NCBI RefSeq assembly: GCF_041956535.1
Contig: NW_027192202.1
Span: forward strand, 257,723-321,722
Source of the DNA: Calcarisporiella thermophila CBS 279.70
Taxonomy: Eukaryota > Fungi > Calcarisporiellomycota
Length of the DNA: 64,000 nucleotides
Direction: 5' to 3'
Shown here: positions 26,495 through 38,012 of the stretch, piece after piece
How the letters are laid out: each line of letters begins with the position of its first letter
Position numbering within the stretch: position 1 is the stretch's first letter
The notes under the pieces: generated by a model
The model's input: the letters and a program-made list of their open reading frames with translations, nothing else
Databases searched by the model: none
Told to the model about the DNA's origin: nothing
Translations under genes and position numbers: made by a program

Positions 26495-28171
26495 CTAAAA
26501 CTCCTCTTTAAAAAAATTAAATTGGATATCTCTCGTGCTTGCAGCCTGGCATTCGCTGCGCACCTTGTGGGCAAGTCGGGGTGGCCCACAGTAGAATACG
26601 CCAATCTTGACACGCTTACGAGGGTTGTTCAAAAAATGATCCTGCTGGGCAACCTCAAGCTTGATTTGCTTGAACACATGGTTAAAATCGGGGTGGCCAT
26701 AGTTGGTACGGGTAGGGAGCAATTCAGAGTCGGCGAGGTCGTCTCCCAGAAGAAGCTCACACATACTCTCGTCTAGCACTCGCGCAGTAAGATGTATGTG
26801 AACTCTGAGGAAGTCGAGCCGCGAAAAAGCCTCCTCCATCGATTGTAGGAGCTTATGAAACCATTCGAATGCCTAATAGAAACGGTTAGCTGGAATTCTT
26901 CCCAGGAGCACGCCGCCGAAGAAGCCTTACCTGCATGTTTCTGTAGATCCATATTAGCTCAACTCGTTGAAGTTTAAATAACTGGCCCTGTTTGTACCGA
27001 ATCCTAGTGAAAAGGAGGGCAGAGGTAGAATCAGAGCTTGGATGACATGCACTATCTCGATCTGCATATTGCAACCCTACCATATGTGCTTCAAAATGCT
27101 GGCAAATGGTGTCACGCCTATACCAGCCCCAATCAATACCACTATCTCGTTGCTAAATACATCCTCCGCTGGGGCGCCAAAGGGGCCATCGATGAGTAGC
27201 TCGGGTAGAATCCCATCGCTGTGGGAGAGTATGCACCGCTCCGATCCAGCAAGGAATGAAGGAGTTCCGTACCCTAGGAGCTCTCCCACTGCCCGTGTCC
27301 AGTCTCCCACAAGCCGCATATGCACCGACAAGTACTCCTCATCTGGGGACGAGGTGATTGTAAATGGATGCCACTGCCACCTGGATATGGCCGGCATATT
27401 CAAAAATATATACTGTCCTGGACGGAAACGCAAATTGGGTTTTTTAATTCGTAGCTCAATGACATCCCACGGATGGGCAATGGCCTCTGCAAAATACGTT
27501 GTCTGCGTTGCACGGATCTCCCGCATGACACGCTCTCCAATATAGATGCAATACCCAACCACGATACCCACCCAAGAATTGTATCCACGGCACTTTCCAT
27601 CGTCCGTGTGAACAAAGCAACCTTTGGCATGGAGCAACGCACATAAGATGAACAACAGAGAGAAGTGATGTGTGTACCAGAAAGTCTCGTAGCTAGTGGA
27701 ACGCACACTCTGCACCGATGTTGTATACATAAGCACCATCAGCAATAGCATCAAGTTCCCAGTGGTACCGCCCCACGACGAGTAGTGCAACTCAATGGCC
27801 TTTGCTCTTCCCAGCTGCTCGAGTGTTGCGAAGTTGACATAGTGCGCTGCAGCGTGCACCAATGCAAAAAAACACATGGTCCATGCAACCACCTTATGAA
27901 ACCACACGTTTTCATCAAAGTCCACCCATTGGCCAAATCTCGATCGCAGAAAACGGATGAGGGTACGACACATGGGCAGGAGAATTAGAGACAGGTCGAG
28001 CGAGAGTGCTAGCCCAGCCCCGCGAGAAATTAGGACGCTGAGCCCAATGTCATTGAGTCGAGAGAGTTCTGGGTCAAGCTTCTGCTTGAAAAAGCCACAG
28101 ATGAAGAGAAGGGCATGCAGGATGAGCCAAAATGCCAAGAAGATTTCCTTCCGTGACACTAGAGTGATCAT
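26495..28171 (-). CDS. NADPH oxidase, NoxA/gp91phox-like (3 exons; start approximate)
   Basis: Heme histidines WFHK...VHAAAHY and WYTHH...LHA; FAD motif HPFTITS; DGPFGAP; NADPH motif GAGIGVTPF; FYCGP; C-terminal FFKEEF; no EF hands. Confidence 0.9.
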
Positions 28172-28622
28172 ATCATCTGGTGTGAATTTTGGAGGAGATA
28201 AGTAGGGTAAGCATTAATTTGATTAAATAGGTATATGGTCTTTAAAAGGGGGTGGCTGAGCCTGCAGGTTCCAAAGAGCAAGTCAGCCATGCTATTCTTA
28301 GCACTTTTGGTTATAAATTATAGCTTACAATACAGTCCCCAAATAGGTAAACTGCGGGAATGGGGATAAAATAAATCCCTTCAGATACCGTACGTAGTCA
28401 AGTTTGCTGCACTCATTCCATCTTTCAATGGTAGCAATCAAAATAAACCTGTCATCACTGGGATTTATTCTGCCGGGTATTGAACCTACGGCAGCAAGAG
28501 CCAAACTGAGGCGAGACTATTTCAATTAGCCACTCCCTCAAAATAGCCTCGAATTTTTTTCCAAAACATATCTACATTATGAACAGGTGGCGCAGCACAA
28601 CTAGAGTGTTTACCAGGCTTTT

Positions 28623-28722
28623 CTTGGGTCTCAGTGACTATCAATAATTGATAGTCACTGAGACCCAAGTATTCCTTGCATGTAGTTATACAATTATTGT
28701 ATAACTACATGCAAGGAATACT
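28623..28722. repeat. Two abutting perfect inverted repeats (23-bp arms at 28623-28669; 27-bp arms at 28668-28722)
   Basis: CTTGGGTCTCAGTGACTATCAAT-A-ATTGATAGTCACTGAGACCCAAG and AGTATTCCTTGCATGTAGTTATACAAT-T-ATTGTATAACTACATGCAAGGAATACT, checked base by base. Confidence 0.97.
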
Positions 28723-30982
28723 AAGCGGCTACAAATATCTGTAGCAAAAAATTCATAAAGAGAAATCAAAATACAAAAAATGGGAGATCAAGGAGTGGAT
28801 TTGGCGAAATAGGTGGCGATCTGGAGATATCTAATATTATCTATAAACACAACCGCACTCTTCCACAATATATCTCATACAAATCCATGACAAGCGAGAG
28901 TAACAAAATACGTCCCGAAAAAAATAATTACACTCAACCTCAAAATTACTGTATATAGTTAGATTTTGTAGAAAGGTCATATTTATTTGTGTATAAATCA
29001 AAGAGCAGCAAAAAAGTCAGAACGACTAGTTTCGGATGGAAGATACAGGATATTCAATATTCATGTATGGGAGAGTATATTGCAGTTATTCCTGCCTAAA
29101 ATCTGAAATGTTACAATTGTTCACAACTTCAATATCGCATTTCAAAATACACTCATCCTCCTTAAGAACGCAAAATGGCAGCTTTCTCACGTTCTTTAAA
29201 GTCCTTAACTCGTCCTCATCTAAGCCTGAAATTCTGCCTACTTCTATTGATAATGTAATATCCCCTGCTTTCATTGATATACCTTCGAAATCATTAGCCT
29301 TTGTGATAACATCTCTCCAAAGAATTGGATATTTATGTACAAATATATCGTATTTAATAATTTCCATTAGTATCTATACTAAGATTTAATTCAGGGGTTA
29401 TAAGCATCACAAGTCGCCTCATTTTACTGTATATATCTTCTTGAAAAGAGGGCGACGCAAGAGTGCTCATGGCCTACATTATGTGAGTCACCCATTAGAA
29501 TTCCTTCATATTGTTATATTAAAATCAACTCTAAAGGATGAGTTATTTATCTTATTTTTGTTTATCTCAGCGGTCATTGCATGAACACAAATGCTTACCC
29601 AAAGACAGGAAAAGTTACTCAGTTTCGCGTTCTATGAATACACTATCGATTAGAATCTGTCATCAAATATTAACAAAAAACTCTTAGTCTTTGTTACAGT
29701 TTAACTCTAAGAAAGCTAGTTGAATATCACAAGGGAAAGTCGATTTGAGAAATGCCACAAAGAAGCTGTTTATTATTTATACTCTTCATGCTAAAATGCG
29801 ATGAAATATGAGGTTTCTAAATAAAATCTCGCAAGACCCCTTGTGCATATCACGCATAAACATATAAAAGATCTGTTACGTTGGCATTCTAGGAGGCAAA
29901 CGTATGATCACAATATAAATAATGCAAAATTACCGTGGTTTTGGCCCAAAGTTGCCTCAATGAAAATTGGAAAATAAAATGCGTAAATAATGAATGCAGC
30001 ATCTTTAGCATTGTATTTTTAGTATACATTTTAAGGTTTTAACTACAAAGCAGGCGTAGCAGTTATATCCTGTAATGCATGTGCGAGAGTAACAATCCAA
30101 GTGACACCAAGTGCCCACCCTCTAAGATTATGAGTAATGACTCGTGGGATATGCGTTTCAAAAATGGACAACATAATGACCGACAAAATCGGCCCAATAG
30201 ATACGCACATTAGTGCCGCCAGGAGCAGCCTCCGTATTTCTCCTCCAGGTCCTTGAAGGGCTCTGGACCGCCATAAATAGGCTGCTGTGCCACCGGTGAT
30301 TCCTTGGGATTCCGCAGGCACTCGACTTTTGTTAAGTTCGTGACAAGAAGAGCCGGCTCCAAAGTTGGGCCATGACGTTACCCTATTCGCATTTCGAACA
30401 ATACATGATTACTTTTTTGACTATAATTATGACCAATGGCTTGGATTCCATAAAAGCCAAAACTAAACATAGACATGCGTTTCTCGGCGTTTTATGTGGC
30501 CCTAGTTGTATACAGGATGCTAGATCAAATGGTTTAGGAAAATAGCTCAATGAGTCTGGAGAAATCAGACCTAATCACTTTACATCAGCCGTATTCCATC
30601 GAACAGCATGAGGTTCTGATATGTGCCAGCAATGCATGGCGCAATTATATACTCGGTGGTCGCCGCGGGTGGAATCAATAAGGTATTGATGAGGTTTGGT
30701 GGTTTGGCAGCTTGGATAATTGCGCTGATACATAATTGTAGGGGCATATATGCTTATCCAGCTGCATTGCGCGATTATGATACCACGGTTGTGCCAAGGA
30801 TATTGGGAGGTGGCCATTAATACTTTCAAATTTAAATGAATTCATTTTTCTGTATACTAGTGAAAGAATGGATGGTTGTTTTCGTATTCTCAATGCTACG
30901 CTGAACACCTTAATATCTTTCCATGTCAAAAAAATAGATTGCTTAGAGATGTGTGGATAAAGCAACTTAGGTACTTAGCGGT

Positions 30983-31027
30983 ATGAGGCGAATAAGGCGA
31001 ATAAGGCGAATAAGGCGAATGAGGCGA
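30983..31027. repeat. 9-bp tandem repeat AT(G/A)AGGCGA x5
   Basis: ATGAGGCGA ATAAGGCGA ATAAGGCGA ATAAGGCGA ATGAGGCGA, about 200 bp upstream of the SDR gene. Confidence 0.9.
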
Positions 31028-31223
31028 TTCTCAACTTGATCGGGGGAATCTTCAAAGGATGGGGGCCATTTACTCGTCGAAATATATGCATCGATAACTA
31101 TTAAAAATAAGTCACAGGGGGACGCCTTCTTTGTTAAGCTCTTCTCCGGTTCATTGCTTTCCTATTTTGCTTTTATACCTCCTTTTTTTTCCCGCCCTTT
31201 TATAATCTTTTAATGATAAAACA

Positions 31224-32510
31224 ATGGAAAATATAGGGACTCTCCTCTTCGTTATTGCTCAGGCCATGAGCACCTTCTTTTTTGAGTTGCCCTTAACTTG
31301 GATACTGCTTGCCCGTGAATTTACCATTCGACTAAGATCTCTCCTATTGCCCTCACAACCGTCACCACAGAAAATTGTCATCGTCGGTGCAAGGCGAGTA
31401 TCCTAAAGGGTGACTCCCTTTTTTTATAACTGCTCGAGATTTTGAATATGTGGATTATAGTTCAAGTATCGGCTACCACCTCGCCGCACAATATGCCAGG
31501 CGTGGAGTCAAGCTGTATCTTATTGATGAACCTGGAAGTGCGTATGGCTCTCTCTTTGTTTTATAACTCCCTCTTCTCACCGATCCCCCCAATATTTTTT
31601 TCCTTGCTCTGTTACCTCTTCTATCTAACCATATGCATCCAAAGAGAATCTCGATGCCATATCGCAGGAACTCTTCACCCATCGGGGCGCCGATGTCATC
31701 AAAATCACGCCTCCCACCTTCACCGATTTTGCCACCGAGGCGCGTCGTATCTGGGCATTCCCCGAGTCCGCCCCTGACCTGTTCATCGTGACGCTTGACA
31801 AGATTGGCTATTTTCAGGAGGCTACCGAGATGGAGGAGGAGGAGTGCTGTCGGATCATCAACTATAATCTTTCGGCCATGTTTCGCACACTTTTTCCGGT
31901 CTACCGGCTGATGCTGGAGCGGGGCCGGGGCCGAATAATTATCGTCGCGTCGCTGGCTGGGGTGTTTGGTCCACCCAATCTCCTTGTGTAAGCAGTCTTG
32001 TCGCTTGGGGATTTTTTGCCTCTATATTATTTTGCTGTTTTCCTGAGAAAAAAGCACTCAAACTAAACCGCAATGCTGCCCTAAAGATATAACTGTACTA
32101 AAGCAGCGATGCTCTCCTTCGCCCGAGATTTTCGCGCCATGGCTGAGGAGCGAGGCATCGGAGTGAGTGTTGCCATCCCGGGCTTTATTAACACGGAAGA
32201 AATGCGTAGTGTTCGCACGGGTATTCCCCCGTTTACTTGGATGAACCCAGAGTACGCGGTGAGTACCCTATCCACTTCACGACGGCGCGCAATGCGCAAT
32301 TCATCTTATTAAAACACGTTTATTTATATATGAATTGGGGTTCAGGCCCGTGCCATTAAGCAGGGTATCGATCAAGGGCTTCCAGTGATTGTGTTCCCCT
32401 TGGCCTTGGCGTTGCCTGTCTACGTCGCCTCTACCCTACCCCCAATCTTTCAAAATTATATCGCAAGGATGTGGTACAAGCTACGGATCAAGGGAATTGA
32501 GAAGGCTTAA
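31224..32510 (+). CDS. Short-chain dehydrogenase/reductase (atypical motifs; multi-exon, first intron GC-AG)
   Basis: KIVIVGAS|SSIGYHLAAQYARRG, GRIIIVASLAG, catalytic YNCTK, IPGFINT. Confidence 0.85.
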
Positions 32511-32766
32511 AAAGGCCCCGACACAACGTTTCTTGTATAGCAAGATGCTTTAATTGCGTAAAGTAACAAACCAGACCATTAGGGAATAAAAAAAGTACTG
32601 CGGAATTAATGAAAAGATTGCATAGTAAATCATAGTGAACAATGAAAAAAACAAAAATAGTAAACATAAATATTATTGATAGAAGAAAAAAAAAGATAAA
32701 AATGATCCAAGATTATCCTGATGAATTTGGGCCATGAAGTTTTCCCAAAATTTAAGTTAGCAGCGT

Positions 32767-33747
32767 CTATACTTCATCAGGTTTATGAACCATGTCGGGC
32801 TCGTCAGGCTTGAACTGCTGGACCTTGACCCCCAGCGTTGTTGGCATTGTGGGGTGAGGAGCTTGCGGGGGTCCTAGGTTGGGAAGTGGCTGTACCAGGC
32901 CCTGAGCTACTGGGCCAATCTGTTCCTGAACTTGCTCCCCTTGTGATGCTGGCCAGGAAGGAGGCATCGCCTGCTGTGGAGCTAGACTGAATGGTTGCGA
33001 AGCCTCTCTTGCAGCGCCATTTTCTAATCCTTGGGTTCCGTGAGGTGTTGGCCAGGCTGGGAGTGGAGCTTGCTGTACCGCCTCCGATGGCGGAATATTT
33101 CCGTATTCCTGCGCATCCTTCCCTTGCGATTGTACACCAGGAGGAGGGGAGGCTGCCAGATACTCTGAGCTTGGTTGCTGCGCCGTTTCAGTTGAAGGTA
33201 TATTTCCGTACTCCTGCACATATTGTCCCTGTGAAGTAGGCAATGTGGAAGTTGGAGGGGAAGAAACTGGAGGGGCATGTTGTTGCTGTATGCTCGGCTG
33301 TTGTGTCATTGGCTCTGTAGGTGCGTTTCCGTATTCTTTCGCATTAGCCTCCTGAGATGTTGGCCAAGGGGGCGGAGACGATTGCAGATGATTTTGTCCT
33401 GATGGCTGCACGGCCGCCTGCGGCGGTAGATTTCCGTATTCTTGCACAGGAGCCGGCTTGAATTCTCCCGCGGATGTTGCGGCCTGCGTCATAGGCGGGT
33501 CCAATAATGCATTTTGGGCTAACGAGTTTTTTGCGAGTTTTTGCCTCCGACGACGTAACCAGAGGAATATCGCAATAATCAAGGCGAGAACTAGAACAAC
33601 TCCAACCACCCCTCCAACAATGGGCCCGATCGGTGTTGAGGATGATTGCGATTGGGCATTACCGGGATTACCAGGGTATGAGTTTGACAAACCCGAGGTG
33701 GCGGCGGATGGGTATTGCGTTGGAGTAGGAGCATAGTATGAATTCAT
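32767..33747 (-). CDS. Single-pass membrane protein with Pro/Gln-rich tail and EYGN repeats (paralog A)
   Basis: Ser/Pro/Tyr N-terminus, PIGPIVGGVVGVVLVLALIIAIFLWLRRRR TM plus basic stop-transfer, four EYGN units, C-terminal KPDE x2. Confidence 0.8.
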   Translation of the reverse strand: MNSYYAPTPTQYPSAATSGLSNSYPGNPGNAQSQSSSTPIGPIVGGVVGVVLVLALIIAIFLWLRRRRQKLAKNSLAQNALLDPPMTQAATSAGEFKPAPVQEYGNLPPQAAVQPSGQNHLQSSPPPWPTSQEANAKEYGNAPTEPMTQQPSIQQQHAPPVSSPPTSTLPTSQGQYVQEYGNIPSTETAQQPSSEYLAASPPPGVQSQGKDAQEYGNIPPSEAVQQAPLPAWPTPHGTQGLENGAAREASQPFSLAPQQAMPPSWPASQGEQVQEQIGPVAQGLVQPLPNLGPPQAPHPTMPTTLGVKVQQFKPDEPDMVHKPDEV

Positions 33748-33975
33748 GATGTGAATACTAGTTTCGATCGGGGAAGATGAGCCGCTGAAAAGAAAGAGGG
33801 GAGGCTGAAAGTTAAGCTGAAGATTTGGAGAAAGAAAAAAAGTGCAAAAATAAACTAGCCAGAATACTGGGGAAAAGTGGAAGAACAAAAAAAAAAAGTG
33901 GAGCGCGAATGGCTAAGTGCGGCAACCAAGGCTTCATTTCCTATTCACTGCTTTTTATAACTTTTGCTTCGATTT

Positions 33976-34064
33976 GGAAGCGCGATCACACAACCATTTC
34001 AAGCCTCGATGCGTGTCTGGGCTCCTCCAATTAGCTTCGGATTCTATAGCCCCGTTTTTGGAAA
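33976..34064. promoter_or_regulatory. Conserved upstream element shared with 36487-36579
   Basis: Identical blocks GGAAGCGCGATCA and ATAGCCCCGTTTTTGGAAA at similar spacing upstream of both paralogs. Confidence 0.65.
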
Positions 34065-35175
34065 AAGGCCCAAACCTCACTGAGTGGCTCGTAATCTGGA
34101 AGGAGCCGCTTCCTTATTGGATGACAAGGGAGGCTGCAGCAAGATGCCAACCAAAAATAAAAAAACGGGATGAACATATATGGCGCATGCTATTGATAAA
34201 TAATCAGAACCATAGAGCATCCCTGCTGATACAAATAAGCTGCGCGCTTGGTCCCGTCCGCTTCAACCTACGAGTAGGCACACCCTTCTTTCCGAACTGC
34301 TTGGAGCTTGGGCAATTATTGGGTCTGAAACATATTGCTTACACCGTCGCAACCCGTGCAGCATTCAATTTAATGTGATAGCGAACCTAAACTAATGACA
34401 CCACGGCTTCTCCAAGTCCAGTTTAGAGTGCATCGGCAACACTCTCTCCAATTCCTTGCCACTGGTCACCATCCTAGAGTTCACGCCATCGTGCTCGATC
34501 GACACCATACATGCATGTAGCCTGAACCAACGGCGGCACCACCCTCGCAAGGCCCGACCTCAAGCGCCCCCATAGGATGACCGAAGCTCTGCAACTCGCA
34601 CGCCCAGACTACAATATGCGAGTTGAATGGGGCCCGAATGCCTGGAGACACCCAAATCTCCTGTGAGTTGGGAAAGGTAGAGGTGTTTTGCAATTATTTT
34701 CTTGGAGTCATCGAGAGTATACGCTTCATCAGTGCGAGCCGAGCTATTGAATCATGTTCGGCGCGCACAAAGTGCCCTACGTTTCAGTCGGTGCTTATTG
34801 ATTTTCTAATCTAGCCACCGAGCAGGAGATCCGCCGACCTATAGATCCTTTCCCCCTGTCACTTGGGCTCGCACTTATTTCCAGGATGAAAAACAAGGTG
34901 AAGATCAAGGAAACAGATTTATTGAGGTGTCGCTGGAAAAAAAATACGTTTCTTTTGTAGATTTACGATTCGATTTGCATATAAAAAAGCACATTGAACA
35001 TTAGCGAATAAAACACGAGATACTGCGAAAGGTGAAAAAATTTCATAGCAGAGCCAAGTGAAAAAACCATGTCGAAGTTAAATATCATTATCTGAGGACT
35101 GCATGTATGCGTATTAAAGGAGGCGGGCTCGCTCGTATCGTTCGATGAAATAGATACTATGGGTATTTCCAGAAT

Positions 35176-36312
35176 TTAGTCCTTCTTTTCTTCATCTGGT
35201 TTATGAACGGTTTCGAATTCGTTGGGTTTGAACACCATCGCTTCAGGTTCGTTGGGTTTAAAGCCTGGGCCTTTGGTCCTCTGCATTGGAGGCTCTGTAG
35301 AATGAGGTGGTTGTTGGTGTTCCGGGTGGGGAAGCTCCTGGGCTGCGGTAGAATCATAGCATCTATTTCGCTCTCCTCGCTGTGTTGAACTTTCAAAGGC
35401 CGCAACATGGGACCGTTCCAGGTCTAATGTTTGCGAAGGTTCACCTACCTTGCCGGCATCTTGAGTTCCCCTATACACTCCCGAAAAATATGGCGGATCA
35501 GGAGGGGACATTTGCCGTTGCCCTAAGCTTGTCCGTTGAGGAGGCTCCTGCGGCAATGTTTCTCTTATCTCCTGTATATGCAGTGCTTGTGCAGGTGCCC
35601 GGGTAGGAAGAGGAGTTCGATGAACTTCCTGGTTAGTTGGCTCCGCAGCCTCTAATGATCCTATGGTTCCGTATTCCTGCGCATACTGACCCTCTGATGA
35701 TGGCCATATAGGAGGCTGCACTTGCTGAAGATTCTGACTTGATTGCTGCGCGACTTCCTGCGGTGGCAACTTTCCGTAATCCTGCTTATCTTGAGCCTGT
35801 GATGGTGACCATTTAGGGGGTGTGGGAGGAGAAAGAGGCTGAGGAGAATGTTGCTGTAGGCTTGGTTGTTGCGCCATGGAGTCTCTTGCTGTGGCCCCAT
35901 GCTCCTGAACATCCTGCCCTAGAGATGCAGACCAAGTGGTTGGAGGCGCTTGGTGCTGTCCCTGTCCTATTGACCGCATGGGCGCCTGAAGCGGCTTCAT
36001 TCCATTTTCCTGCAGAGGAGCCGGCGGGGGTTTTCCTGCAGAAGTGGTGGTCTGCGTCATAGGCGGTTCTAAAAGTGTATTTTGCACTGCATGATTGACA
36101 GGCCTATGCTTCCGAAACCAGAGGAAAATTCCAGTAGCTAAAATGAGAGCTAGCACGGCCCCAATTATCCCTCCTACTATAGCTCCTATCGGTGGCGAGT
36201 ATTCTTGCGATGTAGTGGCAATAATGGGACTCACATAACTCGATGGGGTAGGAGGATAAGAATAATATATGGAGGTCGATGTTATGGGTGTACTTGTAGG
36301 TGGAATGCCCAT
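35176..36312 (-). CDS. Single-pass membrane protein, tandem paralog B of 32767-33747
   Basis: PIGAIVGGIIGAVLALILATGIFLWFRK, QNTLLEPPMTQTTTSAG (A: QNALLDPPMTQAATSAG), QDYG/QEYG units, C-terminal KP[ND]E x3. Confidence 0.8.
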   Translation of the reverse strand: MGIPPTSTPITSTSIYYSYPPTPSSYVSPIIATTSQEYSPPIGAIVGGIIGAVLALILATGIFLWFRKHRPVNHAVQNTLLEPPMTQTTTSAGKPPPAPLQENGMKPLQAPMRSIGQGQHQAPPTTWSASLGQDVQEHGATARDSMAQQPSLQQHSPQPLSPPTPPKWSPSQAQDKQDYGKLPPQEVAQQSSQNLQQVQPPIWPSSEGQYAQEYGTIGSLEAAEPTNQEVHRTPLPTRAPAQALHIQEIRETLPQEPPQRTSLGQRQMSPPDPPYFSGVYRGTQDAGKVGEPSQTLDLERSHVAAFESSTQRGERNRCYDSTAAQELPHPEHQQPPHSTEPPMQRTKGPGFKPNEPEAMVFKPNEFETVHKPDEEKKD

Positions 36313-36486
36313 GATGTTGAATGGCAATTCTAATCTACATATGAGCAATTGCGATGACAAAGAGAATGGAAATTCAAATGGAGAGGCTAAGGAAAGGAAA
36401 AGGGAATAGGGAAAAAAGAGAAAAGAAAAGCTATACGTGTGTATTGAGAAGAAATGGAGGAAACTTTACAGAAAGAAAACGTAATG

Positions 36487-36579
36487 GGAAGCGCGATCAT
36501 ACAATCTTATCAAGCTTCGGTGTGCCCGGGTTCATCCATTTCAAATTAGGCTCGGAATCCATAGCCCCGTTTTTGGAAA
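36487..36579. promoter_or_regulatory. Conserved upstream element shared with 33976-34064
   Basis: Same two identical blocks upstream of paralog B. Confidence 0.65.
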
Positions 36580-38012
36580 TAATAGAGTTTAATCCTCGTC
36601 GAGCGGTTCGCGTTCAAGGGAACGCCGGAGGCTCCTTAGGTGGTTAGGACGGTTGCAGCTAGGTTATTCTGCTAAAGATACATATGGATGGAGGGTTCCA
36701 TGATCAAAGAATTTAGAAAACTCATTCGCATCTTCATTCCACCCATATGCGCACAAGTACCAACGGAAGACGGGATATCTTCTAATGGTGTCAAGCCACA
36801 GGCAGAACTCTTCTCTTTTTCGAGGTTGAAGCTTGTGCAGCTCTTGAACGCGTGATCCGCTGTGTATATGGAGGGTTGCTATGTAAGCAGCGTTCCCTCG
36901 AGAAAAGGCACCCTCTGAGATGGCCTGATATCACACGTTCAACTGTCCAAATCCTATGCTGCTGTTGCATTTCCTAGAGTCCAAGGCATTAGAAACGACC
37001 AGTGCCCTCCATGCACATTATCTGAGACGACTCCACCGCCACCCCATAGCAGAACACGATCGCCATCGATCCTGCAAAACTTTAGCGAGTTATGCAGTGC
37101 GTTGTGCGTAATCTGCATTACGCGAGTTTAAATTGCTGGATGACTGAAAAGACAGTTTCAAAACCCCATTCGAGAAATAGGGAGCAAAGAGTAGATGCGA
37201 TTCCATTATCTTATGCCCGCATGGAAAGCAGGGGGGGAAGGAACTGGCATTCACCACCGTGGCGTTGTGACTGGACTCCTCATGACATGCTCTATGACCA
37301 CCGCGCTGACGCATATACATAATCCATCGGGTAGAAATGGGATATTCTTAAGGCAAACTAAACAAAGAGAGAGAATGGATAGGGATTCTCTTCTTTCTAT
37401 CAGGTAGGCTTTGGGTCCATGCTCAGCACTCATGCATCGACCGATTTTTTTTTTTTTGTAGAGTTTCTAACGCCCCGGTTCAAGGGGAATTTTCATGGCA
37501 AGCAAGGTTAGAGCGTTCTTCCAAAATAGATTAGATCGTGCATGAGCACGACGCGATTTACTAATAGGATAATAAGCAGAATAACAACCTCTGGATAAGA
37601 ATAACAGGGACCATAAAAGCTCGTTGCCATAAATCTCTGAAGAACATAAAATATAAAGAAGCAGAACAAAGTGGAGAGAGATGGAACCCTCGAGTGGAGA
37701 ACCACTCCATAGAATGCTGCCTAGGTCCGATGGATGACATAGTGGAAAAAGAATAAACACAACATGAACAAAATAATGGAAAAATAAAAGACAAAAGGAC
37801 ATGGTATACAGAAAGACAGAATGGCATGCATTTTTTCATACATTTTATCAAGAAATAGCCCGCTACCGTCTAGGCACAGAAACAAAGAACAAAATCCTCG
37901 AAATGAAGAAGACATGAGAGTGTTTTTTTTTTGACAAGTGCGCCGCGAAATTGCCCATTTATAGAGTGCATTTTTCTTCATTCAAACCCTGGTGAAGAGG
38001 CCCGCCCTCCCG

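Noticed and set aside
28470-28540. tRNA-Ser-like or Pol III B-box (GGTTCAATACC on the minus strand) in a small hairpin
   Set aside because: No acceptor or anticodon stem can be formed; at best a highly decayed relic. tRNAscan-SE would settle it.
30983-31027. Short direct repeats as a possible CRISPR array
   Set aside because: No spacers; a simple minisatellite in a eukaryotic genome.
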